46,012 bases of DNA from Methylococcaceae bacterium (GTDB taxonomy: Bacteria > Pseudomonadota > Gammaproteobacteria > Methylococcales > Methylomonadaceae). Shown piece by piece: positions 19,901 through 28,656 of this stretch. Where the stretch lies: assembly GCA_947504985.1 (NCBI GenBank), contig CANNKH010000001.1, positions 1-46,012 of the forward strand. Direction: 5' to 3'. The notes beneath the pieces are model-generated. The model saw nothing but the letters and a program-made list of their open reading frames with translations. It was not told the origin of the DNA and made no database searches. Position 1 is the stretch's first letter. Each line of letters opens with the position of its first letter. The position numbers and the translations under genes were made by a program.

Positions 19901-20984
19901 AGTAGATGCTTTGGATGACGTCAGCGACTGGAGTCTGACCGCCATATTGTATGTGAGTACCGGGCCTTATCAGGCTCCAACTATTGGGGTGACGGCACCG
20001 GCAACGCTAATTATGCCAGCTTCAGTTCCGACACCTACTGGAGCGCATAAGCAGGTAACCATTAATTGGGAAGGTATTGATCCAAACATCGAGCCAACGG
20101 TGGCGCTGTATTACGATACCCAACAGAGCGGTTTTGCTGGCACGCTGATTATCAATGGTTTAATACAAAATGCCGGAGTTCAAACAGGTAGCTATGTATG
20201 GGATGTGACTAATCTTCCGTCAGGCGCCTATTATCTCTATGCGACGATAACCGATGTCGGTGGTGCAGGTAAGGCTTATGCGCCTGGCGCTCTGGTTGTG
20301 CCAACCAAGCTGCAAACGGGTAAGGTTGTGATCACCTCAAACAAAATCCTCCGTACCTCGGAAACCGGGACGACTGCAAACTTCAGTGTTCGCTTGGGCA
20401 ATGCACCGATAGCGAACGTCACCGTACCTCTGTCATCTACCAATGTACTGGAGGGGATGGTTACACCTGCCAGCTTGACTTTTACGCCGGAGAATTGGTC
20501 GGTGAATCAGGTTGCAACGGTGACCGGTAAGGACGACTGTGCGCCGGATGGCAATAAGATCTATCAAGTGCTGTCTGGCAAAGCTGTTTCGATAGATCCG
20601 AATTACATTGGCCTGTCAGGTTTGCCTATAGCCTTAAGTAATCTCGACGATAATGATTTGGCGGGCACTACGAATAATCCAAATTTGCACATCTGCGGAA
20701 ATACGATCATTACGGAACGCCAGTTGAATGCCAATTTGTGGGAGTACTCATTAACAGCGAAGCTTACTAACAGCGGGACAGCGCTTAGCGGCATGACTGC
20801 AAAGTTAGTGGCTGTTCCGGTGGGTTTACAGTTGGTAAAAAACACCCTCATTTTCGGAGCGACTCATCAGGGGGATACGGTTTCAAGTCAGGATACCTTG
20901 ACTTTACGCAGTCCTAATCAGATTTCGGCGGCGACTTTTAAACAGGGCATTGGTTTTAAATGGGATGTGACGGTGTTGCCATGA
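16932..20984 (+). CDS. Large secreted protein: conserved N-terminal domain, putative Ig, four FN3-like repeats, Calx-beta-like domain
   Basis: Signal peptide ...PTLAHA|VD. Four L..N..Y.W.V.A.D units. TSETGTTANFSVRL...LTFTPENW...VTGKDD Calx/cadherin-like module. Confidence 0.85.
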   Translation: MIRNIQARQLRCKTMKINIEHPLRGFALLHNNGFVRLCAVLWLIIFTTFSPTLAHAVDTICARVKIEIKQELTLERQGFDAQMQINNTTADGVIRNVSVVVKVTDENGTPVTVSDDPNDTTAKFFLRVSSKQNITDITGTGAVSPQTSAVINWLLIPAPGSGGATPFGKKYLVGASLKYTFAGEDTVLDVSPDVITVKPLPLLTLDYFLTQNVWADDPLTPEIEQIEPFTLGVRIKNDGQATARNLKIDSAQPKIVENNQGLLINFLLTGSFVNDAPAQNTLLIDFGDIAAGSKKMGRWVMETTLAGKFTEFTAKFSHADELGGTLTSVIKATNAHFLIHDVRADLPGRDTVRDFLAQDGDVIRLYESDGPDTEVTDRSAVATLTVGSATSGNPQYQLSFPTTAGFAYVKLPDPYSGKKVPGQIVRADAKLLSSDNVWLSKTRNEQTKQWQYWVNFFDVNTSGLYSAEFTKPPVSTLAPVLQFIPDRFVQETKQVSFLVEASSPQGKVVTITAAPMPQRAKLTMQTADALAPGLFRAVFDWTPAIGQAGNYPIVYTATDGLLSTQLTANIKVDMFTPPPGPETPTIEAPLSGAQVTLLMPTLAAQASTNPTDLTKQLQFEVYADAAMTQLVASSLVDKAPLAAGNGAGDIPQPTTWTLPIALTDNTHYWWRTRAFDGTVYSLWANAQFFVNLFNDPPNSFNLILPDPDAEVTSLTPTLTWNNSIDKDGDVISYGVTLYRDAGLSEVIATVADLKEDVSGSTSWIDTVSLNNHSSYYWKVIAKDALGAKTESFARPFVVNTGNTAPTNPVIQSPALLGQSVDVNTELKIQNSVDAEGDAITYVFEIDTVNTFDSPAKMNSGAVLPGNGGTTAWTTAKLIENQQYWWRVKAGDGRADSAWVVGNFLMNATNEPPATPTIKNPGNGAWSSVLQPTLEANSVVDPEGGVVRYQFEIYHGADLTQKVTEGISSNTTLAVPVPLTDKTTYRWRVRAVDALDDVSDWSLTAILYVSTGPYQAPTIGVTAPATLIMPASVPTPTGAHKQVTINWEGIDPNIEPTVALYYDTQQSGFAGTLIINGLIQNAGVQTGSYVWDVTNLPSGAYYLYATITDVGGAGKAYAPGALVVPTKLQTGKVVITSNKILRTSETGTTANFSVRLGNAPIANVTVPLSSTNVLEGMVTPASLTFTPENWSVNQVATVTGKDDCAPDGNKIYQVLSGKAVSIDPNYIGLSGLPIALSNLDDNDLAGTTNNPNLHICGNTIITERQLNANLWEYSLTAKLTNSGTALSGMTAKLVAVPVGLQLVKNTLIFGATHQGDTVSSQDTLTLRSPNQISAATFKQGIGFKWDVTVLP

Positions 20985-21895
20985 GACAGCATACTTATGG
21001 ATTAATGATCGTGGTTGGTGCGTTGTTTTTTTCTTGGACAATCACGCCGGTTCTAGCTCAAAGCCCTCCCGTAACAAGTGTGCGGGACGCTCTCAAGAGC
21101 ATCAAGCAGTTTGATGACTCCTGTACGCGCAAAGATGCTAGCGAGCCGAAGACTTCAGCATTTGTCCAAGTTGCAGACGTTAAGCCGGATATGTCCTGCG
21201 CCATTGCACCGATGGATTTGGCACATCATCTCCAATCCGCTGATACAGTGTTAGTCGATACTCGGAGTGCAACGGACTTTACCGGTTTTCATATTGATGG
21301 CGCTATGAATATCAGTCCCTCTGAGTTGCGCAGTAAGACTTTTCTGATCAAAAAATCAGTTGTTTTGATGGGTAATGGGAAAGCTGAGCGTGAACAGTAC
21401 ATTGATTGCAAGCGTCTAAAATCAAATGGTTTTAAACAGGTTAAAGTATTGCACGGTGGGATGCCGTCTTGGCTTGCCTCTGGTCAGGCTGTATTGGGTT
21501 TGGCTCCAAATATAGCTCAATTAACGAGGCTGACGCCTTCGGAGTTGTGGATTGAGAGTCAATTTGAATCCAATTTGGTTTTAGTGACATCTAGCCAAAA
21601 GGTGTTGCAAAGTCAGTTAAAAAATTCGGTGCTGTTATCGGATGAAAATCCGAAGACGATTCAAAAGGCTATTGAAAACTATCGCAAGCATTCCAAATCA
21701 GAGGTCCTTGCCGCTGTGGTGCTGGTGTCTGATAAAGGGCAGGATTTTCAGACCTTAATTCAGACAATCAAGACGGTGCCACTGCTGGTTTATTATGAAA
21801 CAGCGGAAGCCTTTGCACAGTATGTAGCACAACAAAATGCCGTTTGGATGGCACAGGCAAGAGGTCCGAAGCAGCCGTCAGGTTGCAAGCGTTGA
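20981..21895 (+). CDS. Secreted rhodanese-like domain protein without catalytic Cys
   Basis: ATG 20981 overlaps the upstream TGA (ATGA). Signal peptide ...PVLA|QS. LVDTRS..DF..FHIDGAMNI...VLHGGMPSW signature. Loop VVLMGNG has no Cys. Confidence 0.82.
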   Translation: MRQHTYGLMIVVGALFFSWTITPVLAQSPPVTSVRDALKSIKQFDDSCTRKDASEPKTSAFVQVADVKPDMSCAIAPMDLAHHLQSADTVLVDTRSATDFTGFHIDGAMNISPSELRSKTFLIKKSVVLMGNGKAEREQYIDCKRLKSNGFKQVKVLHGGMPSWLASGQAVLGLAPNIAQLTRLTPSELWIESQFESNLVLVTSSQKVLQSQLKNSVLLSDENPKTIQKAIENYRKHSKSEVLAAVVLVSDKGQDFQTLIQTIKTVPLLVYYETAEAFAQYVAQQNAVWMAQARGPKQPSGCKR

Positions 21896-21911
21896 TTTTT
21901 GAGATGTTGCT

Positions 21912-22790
21912 GTGAGGCGCAGGGATTTTCTGAAAGCTACTGCTGTCTTTGTCAGCATTAGCTTATCACCTGGAGTTTTTGGCCAGAACCTTTTAATGGG
22001 TGCAAAGGGCGAGAAGATCAATCGGCAACTTCGTTTTACCTTCACACTGACCAACCCTAAGCCTTATGAACTTGTCGATCAAATTCTGTGGCTTTATTTA
22101 CCGGTAGCAGAAACCCGAACTCAAAAGCTCGAATACATTAAGATTTCCGTTCCGTATGAGCGGCATATCGATCCGCTAGGGCACACCGTCATAACGCTTG
22201 TTTTTCCGAAGATCGCGCCGTTGTCCACAAAGGTCGTTAACATCATCGTAAATCTCTCCATGAAGATTTCGCCGGTGATGGAGTCGCTGGAAAACCCACA
22301 AGCTTGGCTAGGATCGGAGCGTTATATCGAAACCACCGATCCAAATATTCAATCTCTAGCGGCAACACTGAAACGCTCAGAAACTCGTGATACCGCGTTA
22401 GCTATCTACAACTGGGTCAAACAGCATCTTCACTATATTGGTTATCTCGCAGATGATCGAGGTGCAGCGTATGCCTTTAATCAGATCCAGGGCGATTGTA
22501 CCGAATATGCTTATCTGGCCGTTGCTTTGGCTCGCGCTAACGGAATTCCTGCTCGCATGGTAGGCGGTTACACCACAGATAAAAACGCCATCTTACGAGC
22601 AGCTGATTACCACAACTGGGCAGAACTTTATATCGATGGCGCATGGCGACTGCTTGATGCTCAAAAAGAACGCTGGTTGACGTCAACAGAGCAATATGTG
22701 GCCTTCCGTTTTTATCGGGATAAAGAGATTAATCCGATTGGTTTTTCGCATCGCTATAGACAGAGTGGTGAGCTTGAAATTAGGTATTGA
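21912..22790 (+). CDS. Tat-exported transglutaminase-like (Transglut_core) protein
   Basis: GTG start, MRRRDFLK twin-arginine signal. Intact Cys-His-Asp triad: GDCTEYA, ARANGIPAR, YHNWAE, WRLLDA. Confidence 0.92.
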   Translation: MRRRDFLKATAVFVSISLSPGVFGQNLLMGAKGEKINRQLRFTFTLTNPKPYELVDQILWLYLPVAETRTQKLEYIKISVPYERHIDPLGHTVITLVFPKIAPLSTKVVNIIVNLSMKISPVMESLENPQAWLGSERYIETTDPNIQSLAATLKRSETRDTALAIYNWVKQHLHYIGYLADDRGAAYAFNQIQGDCTEYAYLAVALARANGIPARMVGGYTTDKNAILRAADYHNWAELYIDGAWRLLDAQKERWLTSTEQYVAFRFYRDKEINPIGFSHRYRQSGELEIRY

Positions 22791-22972
22791 TTGGGTTTAA
22801 TTGTTTTAGTTGAGGAAAAGCGCTGCCTCAACATTCTAAATACATTGTTTCCGTACTAATGTCTGAAAGATTGTTACGCCACTTCTATGTCGGATGCCAT
22901 CAGACTGGAACTCAGCTTTCTGTCTGGCTTATCCTATGGCATTGTCGAGACCCCAGTTTTAACATCGGTTAC

Positions 22973-23908
22973 AATAGACATCTTTCCTAAATATTTTTCA
23001 TGTAACTGGCATTCATAGGGCTAAAATAGCCCCCTACTTCTAAAAACACAGATAACCATGACTCCTTACGCCCAACTGCCTACGAACAAACCTAAAGAAT
23101 TCCTATGAACTGTCGGCATGTCACAAGAAGATTTTCTGCATCTTCACAGAAAACTGGAAGCTTACCTAGGCGAACAAAAAGTCCTTAAGCCGCTAACAAG
23201 ACCTGGACGAAAAGACTCTAAACTAGCCTTGGAAGACCGTTTGTTACTGACACTTTATTATATTCGCCACTATCCGACTTTTATAAGTCTGGCTGCGATT
23301 TTCGATATCAGCGAGTCGTATTGTCATAAGATTTATACTCGCACTGCAAGAGTCTTGGCCAAAGTCGAAAAACTCCCCAGCCGCAAAGCACTACTGGAAA
23401 ATCCTTCGGCCATCGTGGCTATTGATGTTTCGGAACAACCTATCGAGCGGCCTGTTAAAAACCAGAAAGAGTACTTCTCAGGAAAAAAAACGCCATACAA
23501 TCAAAGCCCAGGTCGTGATCTGTCTATTAACGCTGACTATCCTGTCCGTAGTAATGGGTAAAGGCAAGCAACATGATTTTTCAGTTTACAAAGACAGTCG
23601 CCTATTGTTGCATCCCGATGCCCTCCTGTTGGCGGATTCTGGATATCAAGGGATACAAAAATATCATCAGAACTCCATTCTCCCTGTTAAAAAGAAAAAG
23701 GCCAGCCCCTCTCGGCAGAAGATAAAGCCCATAATAAGGCGCTAGCAAAACGACGTATATTTATTGAGCATATTAATCGTCGTTGTAAGATTTTTAGGAT
23801 TGTTAAAGATGTTTATCGCGGTAAACATAAAAACTATTCGCTGACTTGGAATTTGGTGGCAGCTCTTGTTAATCTGCGACATGACGGCATTTAGGAAAGA
23901 TGTCTATT
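22973..23908 (+). mobile_element. IS5-family (ISL2-like) insertion sequence
   Basis: Perfect 20-bp inverted repeats AATAGACATCTTTCCTAAAT (22973-22992 and 23889-23908; outermost bases may be target sequence) around a HTH + DDE transposase. Confidence 0.9.
23058..23894 (+). pseudogene. IS5-family transposase, disrupted
   Basis: ATG 23058, in-frame TGA at 23106. LLLTLYYIRHYPT HTH, IDVSEQPIERP, -1 shift at the A8 run (FSGKK/KRHT), LADSGYQG. A second frameshift near 23695 precedes ...RRIFIEHINRRCKIFR...DGI*. Confidence 0.88.
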
Positions 23909-24052
23909 AATATATATGACTATGGATCTTATTCGCCACAATGATTAGCTAGGGTTACTTATGTAGATTTAACACTAAATTAACGCTAAATTAATCTTGA
24001 TAAATATTGATGAGCTGAAGATTTAGCTCAATTAGTCTTAAAGGGGTAATGT

Positions 24053-24241
24053 ATGGCGCGTAATAGAGAACAAATTTTAGCATTTAAAGTTAGTAGTGAA
24101 TATGTTAATTCACTTAATCAATTATGTGACCGATTAGAAAGCGGTAGGTCAGATGTATTGCGTTATTGTGTTGCTGAATTTGTAAAATCTAATTTAGCAG
24201 ATGCTGTTGTGTTTGCTGAGACCAAAAAGAGCTTATTTTAA
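24053..24241 (+). CDS. Small ribbon-helix-helix/CopG-like DNA-binding protein
   Basis: ILAFKVS beta-strand, helix, then SGRSDVLRYCV. AAGGGG RBS. Confidence 0.55.
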   Translation: MARNREQILAFKVSSEYVNSLNQLCDRLESGRSDVLRYCVAEFVKSNLADAVVFAETKKSLF

Positions 24242-24250
24242 ATTAAAGAA

Positions 24251-24535
24251 ATGGACAGAAGGACAGATAGCCCTTCTAACAAGATGCATCTGTCCAGTCT
24301 GCAGGCATTGAATTTACTGGGCTTTGGACGGATGGACAGATAGGGCAGGTATTTTATTCATTTTTAGAAAAATAATATTCACATCCAACCATCATCAATA
24401 TCATTATTTGTTTTTTCTTAACCAAAAGTGCTATTTTATCTGTCCTATCTGTCCATCTGTCATTTTTTATACAAATCAATAGGTTATAGTGGACGCATTG
24501 GGCGGTAAAAAAGACCAATGTGTCCATCCGTCCAT
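24251..24535. repeat. Iteron cluster, putative replication origin of the integrative element
   Basis: About a dozen copies of (T)GGACRGA(T) or its complement, in alternating orientations around an AT-rich core (about 24350-24420), directly downstream of the primase-helicase gene. Confidence 0.75.
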
Positions 24536-24550
24536 TAAAATATCATATAG

Positions 24551-27166
24551 CTAAGCACTAGCAAGCAAACCGACCAAGCTTGTATTAGAAGCAAATATAG
24601 CATCCGTGGTATCAATGCCGAAATCGTCTAAATTGAAAACCTTAATTTCTTTTTCAAGACCCAGATTAACCTTTTCATATTTTTCAAAATCTGCAATGGC
24701 TTCATATAAAGTTCCAAAATTAAAACCTCGCGCCCCCTTACATTTTGCTGCTTGAAATAACTTTGCTAGATATTTACTGAGCATCAACTGATTTTTCTGG
24801 TCATAGTGCGATATTCTATTAATTCGCACCCAAAGCAGATAGCTATTATATAAATCTTTAGAGGATACAAAATCAACCCAAGTTGTTTCTTCATACCCTT
24901 GGCTAAAATAGCTTTGAGTGAAGGAATCAATAAGCCATTGCCCCACACTATCCAAAGAATACATACGTTGGTCTTTTAGACCTTGGGATTCCGGAATCGT
25001 ACTAGCACTGAATTGACTAATATCCCGATTTAACATGTCATATAAGAACGAAGACTGCACATCATTGTCATGACAGACAATTGCCAAATCAGCAAAATAT
25101 TTGTTATTGCCGATATTGGAACTTGATACATCAAACACACAGTACCGTCTTTCGTCTGATGATGCCGGAACCGCATAAACTTCATTTGTCGACATAACAA
25201 TTTTTAGATAATTTGGCTGCTCCACAGCATCTATGCCTTTTCTCTCTATCAAAAGCTTTGGCTCGGTAATTAATGCCTTCAAAGCACCTTCATTTTTACG
25301 ATCTCCGGAAAAAAAGGCTTCGTCAGCATACAAAAAACACACATCTGCTAAATGACCATTAAAACTCCCTGTTAGATGCTTTGATTTGCTCATGTATATG
25401 CTATGACACCCCCAGATACTAGCTATGAAATGTAGTAAGATTCCTTTTCCCGTGCCTTTATTACCTCTCAATACCAACGCAGAGCCGGCTGGTCTTTCTG
25501 GATGCTGCATGGAATGCGCAATCCAGTCATAAAAGTATTTGATAAGATCAGGTTGACCGGCACAGACGATATTTTCAATATGATGTTTGATAGAATCAAT
25601 ATTGGCACCTTCTACTGCATCAACAGCAAATCCTTGCCAAGTGTTGTAATAGCCATCTGGTAAAGTTTTGGCGGGGGCAAACACAACTCCACCCCGATAA
25701 ACGGAACAATCTGGATTATTCGCCCATGCCGTAATTTTATCCATCAACACAGGTTTACTCTCTTGGCGCGTTATCTTTTCACCCACTTGAATCAAGTCAT
25801 TAGTATGTATCATCCGTAATGTTTCTTGGCTAAGAAATTCATATGATATTCGGTTATCAACATGAACTTCCGCAGGAACTGTACGCATTATCTTATGCTT
25901 ACCGCCCATGATTACTTGTGCATGTGTTAGATTAAAGTTAGCAACATGATCATTCAAGCCAATTTGCCAATCGGGGATAGTATGGTTCGCTTTCAAAAAG
26001 AATAACTCTCCACCATTAGCAAAACTGTGAATGGTGGGTTGTATCTGGTCAGAATAGATGATTGTTTTACCGTGTATCGGATCATCAAGCGGATGCAAGC
26101 AAGCCGATAAATGATATTTAGGGTTCTGATCAATGATATTCTGCACAGTAATCTGTTCACCGGATTCTAGCTGAATATTAAATTGTCCGAAGAGCTCATG
26201 GTTTGTAATGGCTCTGTTAATAATATATTCAGAGTTCTTATCGGACATGTCACTATTTCTTTCTTTCAATTTAACACTAGCTTTCTTAATGAACTGCTCA
26301 CGCACCTGCCGCGCCTCATCCGAAACAGCATCGGTTATTTCGGCAGATTTCTTTTTAAATAGCGCCAATTCTTTTTTAGATAAAGCCATAATTGAGTCTG
26401 CTGCTAACAACCCACCATCAAATTGCTTAATCACACGATCTTGTGTGATAGCAGGGTTCTTTAATATTGCCCCTCCTTCAAAAATGGGCTGGTTGCTAGT
26501 ACATAAAGCTTTATCAATTAGTGAATTTATTTTAACGGTTCCTGCCTTAGTCACTTTTGCAAAGCCATAGCCCGCATTGATAGACCTAACATGCAGCGCC
26601 TCTAGAAGAGCTTTATTTGCCATTGTTCTATCAACCGGAATAAAGGTATGAATACCTCGCAGCCCATTAACTTCAACACCATCAATAGAAATATAACTGC
26701 TGGCAGAAGTTGACATAACTCGTAAAACGTTGCCTAAAACAGGTTCAATTTCCACCAAAGCAGCATTTAATTCGTCTACAGTATGAATATTAAATTGTTC
26801 TGCTGAATCGGTATCAATACACAGCAACCCAGCTGATTCAGAAAAAGTGAATGTATCCTTCAGCCGAGCAGCATCCGCAGGGCAATTGCCCGAAGGTAAA
26901 GCCTCATGTACACCTTGTACTAAAAACTCACCAGCAACCATTTCTTCAATAAATACCTTGAGATTTGCTGGCTCTATCTCAACGGTTTCAAACGCGCCAT
27001 TCCAGAAACTGGCTGATGTTGACTTCAGCAACATCCCATCATCATCTAAATCATATGATTTAGCGGTCTCTCCGATTGCATCTACAAATTTAGTAAATTT
27101 TACCTTCAAATTTTCATGATAAATATCTTGTGTTACGCCATTTAAAATAATATTATTCTTTTGCAT
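24551..27166 (-). CDS. Primase-helicase: AEP-like primase N-terminus, SF3/D5-type (DUF5906-like) helicase
   Basis: LLCIDTD and GLRGIHTF primase-like motifs. Walker A GNKGTGKG, Walker B FLYADEA, motif C IVMSTN, ERRY arginine finger. C-terminal winged-helix-like SKDLYNSY. Confidence 0.88.
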   Translation of the reverse strand: MQKNNIILNGVTQDIYHENLKVKFTKFVDAIGETAKSYDLDDDGMLLKSTSASFWNGAFETVEIEPANLKVFIEEMVAGEFLVQGVHEALPSGNCPADAARLKDTFTFSESAGLLCIDTDSAEQFNIHTVDELNAALVEIEPVLGNVLRVMSTSASSYISIDGVEVNGLRGIHTFIPVDRTMANKALLEALHVRSINAGYGFAKVTKAGTVKINSLIDKALCTSNQPIFEGGAILKNPAITQDRVIKQFDGGLLAADSIMALSKKELALFKKKSAEITDAVSDEARQVREQFIKKASVKLKERNSDMSDKNSEYIINRAITNHELFGQFNIQLESGEQITVQNIIDQNPKYHLSACLHPLDDPIHGKTIIYSDQIQPTIHSFANGGELFFLKANHTIPDWQIGLNDHVANFNLTHAQVIMGGKHKIMRTVPAEVHVDNRISYEFLSQETLRMIHTNDLIQVGEKITRQESKPVLMDKITAWANNPDCSVYRGGVVFAPAKTLPDGYYNTWQGFAVDAVEGANIDSIKHHIENIVCAGQPDLIKYFYDWIAHSMQHPERPAGSALVLRGNKGTGKGILLHFIASIWGCHSIYMSKSKHLTGSFNGHLADVCFLYADEAFFSGDRKNEGALKALITEPKLLIERKGIDAVEQPNYLKIVMSTNEVYAVPASSDERRYCVFDVSSSNIGNNKYFADLAIVCHDNDVQSSFLYDMLNRDISQFSASTIPESQGLKDQRMYSLDSVGQWLIDSFTQSYFSQGYEETTWVDFVSSKDLYNSYLLWVRINRISHYDQKNQLMLSKYLAKLFQAAKCKGARGFNFGTLYEAIADFEKYEKVNLGLEKEIKVFNLDDFGIDTTDAIFASNTSLVGLLASA

Positions 27167-27286
27167 TATTAGATCTCTTTAGTTGAGAGCTAGTTCGTTC
27201 ATATTGTTTTTACAAGAAACAACATAGAACTAAACTAGCTTAAGTTAGTGTAGGTTGCACCCTTCGCTATAAAATTCGTGATTTTT

Positions 27287-27315
27287 AAAAAAGCTAATTT
27301 TAAGGATTAGCTTTT
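27287..27315 (-). terminator. Hairpin/terminator between alpA and primase
   Basis: AAAAGCTAAT...ATTAGCTTTT inverted repeat followed by a T run on the minus strand. Confidence 0.55.
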
Positions 27316-27587
27316 TATCTTTCACGACTGCTTGTTCCTTTATTTTGAGACTCTAGCCAGTCGAAAAATTTAACTTGATTTATCAGTACTTTTCTTCCAA
27401 GTCGCACAATTGCCCCTGCTGTTGAGAGACCATTTTCATCTTCATTAAATATCAAAGAACGCATACCCCCGTTTGTAAATGCAGCATGTTTTTCTGTGAA
27501 TTGCTGAACAGTTAAATAATCCCAGTTTGTTTGTGTATTCATTCTTATTTCCTTTTTTCCAAGATGAAATATCTTGATTAGGTACAT
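27315..27587 (-). CDS. AlpA/excisionase-like small DNA-binding protein
   Basis: YLTVQQF...LRSLIF-like helix, IVRLGRKVLI...FFDWLE. Likely start at MNTQ (27542) after an AAGGA RBS. Sits upstream of the primase. Confidence 0.75.
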   Translation of the reverse strand: MYLIKIFHLGKKEIRMNTQTNWDYLTVQQFTEKHAAFTNGGMRSLIFNEDENGLSTAGAIVRLGRKVLINQVKFFDWLESQNKGTSSRER

Positions 27588-27673
27588 TATAAGTCACTGA
27601 TTTATAGCTGTGCTCTTAGCTACCGTTAGATCTGTTATATCCGTAATTGCCGCTTTAATGGCGGAATTTTGGC

Positions 27674-27702
27674 AAAAAAAACCGGCTTAATGCCGGATTT
27701 TT
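27674..27702 (-). terminator. Rho-independent terminator
   Basis: Minus strand CCGGC-attaa-GCCGG followed by T8, just after the 27729 stop. Confidence 0.7.
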
Positions 27703-27728
27703 AGTTAAGATGTGTTGTAATTAAAGAT

Positions 27729-28541
27729 CTAAACAAACCTCTTTCTATATTTTTCAAGAAAGTCAGATTTTGTCAACTTAGAATCATCATTAAATAATAT
27801 TAATTTTGAGGTTACTTGCTGAATTAAACTATGCTCAATTTCACCTGAAACGATTTTACTCCACGCTTCCAGTCCCGACATCTGATCTAAATAATTAATA
27901 TTATATTTGTCAAAAATATAGTGAATTAGATCTAAACCTTCGCTGGTAACTCTGACCAGTAGCTTCCTTTTTTTTCTGACTGGAGAGCCTATAGTTTCTA
28001 CAGCAGGAACTTCTTTGTTGTCTATGGTAATTAATGAAGTATCAAAGTTTATTTGTTCGTTTTTATTGATGAGCTTCTGAAACCCGACTAAGTCATTGTG
28101 TAAAATAATCAGCTCACAATTTTGAATATCTGGTACTTCTGAAACAGCATTTATTACCCAAAAATGGACTAAATAATCATCATTCGCACATTCATAATCA
28201 ATATGTACTTTAGCGTCACATTCACCAGCCTCGAGCTTCATCAGGCATTGTTGGGATAATTTTATATGGTGAGGTTCAAATAAATCATCTGCATCTACTG
28301 AAAATTCGTTTGCATAACGAATAATTTCTTCATTGATACGATCACGATACTCATCAAAATCATCAAAGCTGTCGAAGGGTAAATTATGTTTAATCTTTTG
28401 GATTGACTTAAAGACAAAGAATTTTGCAGTTAAAATATGAATATTTACATTTCCCAAATTACCGCTACGAATGATATCGTTTGTTGATATTTTAAGCATT
28501 TCGGCTACTTCAGCAAGCTTGTAGTAGGTGTGTTCCATCAT
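27729..28541 (-). CDS. Hypothetical element protein with an N-terminal HTH-like segment
   Basis: 270-aa AT-rich ORF starting YYKLAEVAEMLKISTNDII, in the int-alpA interval typical of such elements. Confidence 0.65.
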   Translation of the reverse strand: MMEHTYYKLAEVAEMLKISTNDIIRSGNLGNVNIHILTAKFFVFKSIQKIKHNLPFDSFDDFDEYRDRINEEIIRYANEFSVDADDLFEPHHIKLSQQCLMKLEAGECDAKVHIDYECANDDYLVHFWVINAVSEVPDIQNCELIILHNDLVGFQKLINKNEQINFDTSLITIDNKEVPAVETIGSPVRKKRKLLVRVTSEGLDLIHYIFDKYNINYLDQMSGLEAWSKIVSGEIEHSLIQQVTSKLILFNDDSKLTKSDFLEKYRKRFV

Positions 28542-28656
28542 AAGTTGCCAAACATTTTGGCGCTCATGCTAGCGATCACGCTGCTTACATGCTGGTAATT
28601 AAGGGCTTTATACCCTAGTACGTCGACTATTTCTGACAATATTCCCTTATGCATAC

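Noticed and set aside
2020-20851. Many 60-206 aa antisense or off-frame ORFs inside the large genes (e.g. 13128-13679, 16730-17350, 17622-18122)
   Set aside because: Shadow ORFs of long, moderately GC-rich coding sequence with no recognisable motifs.
24251-24535. CRISPR array
   Set aside because: Repeats are only 7-9 nt, irregularly spaced and on both strands, and there are no cas genes.
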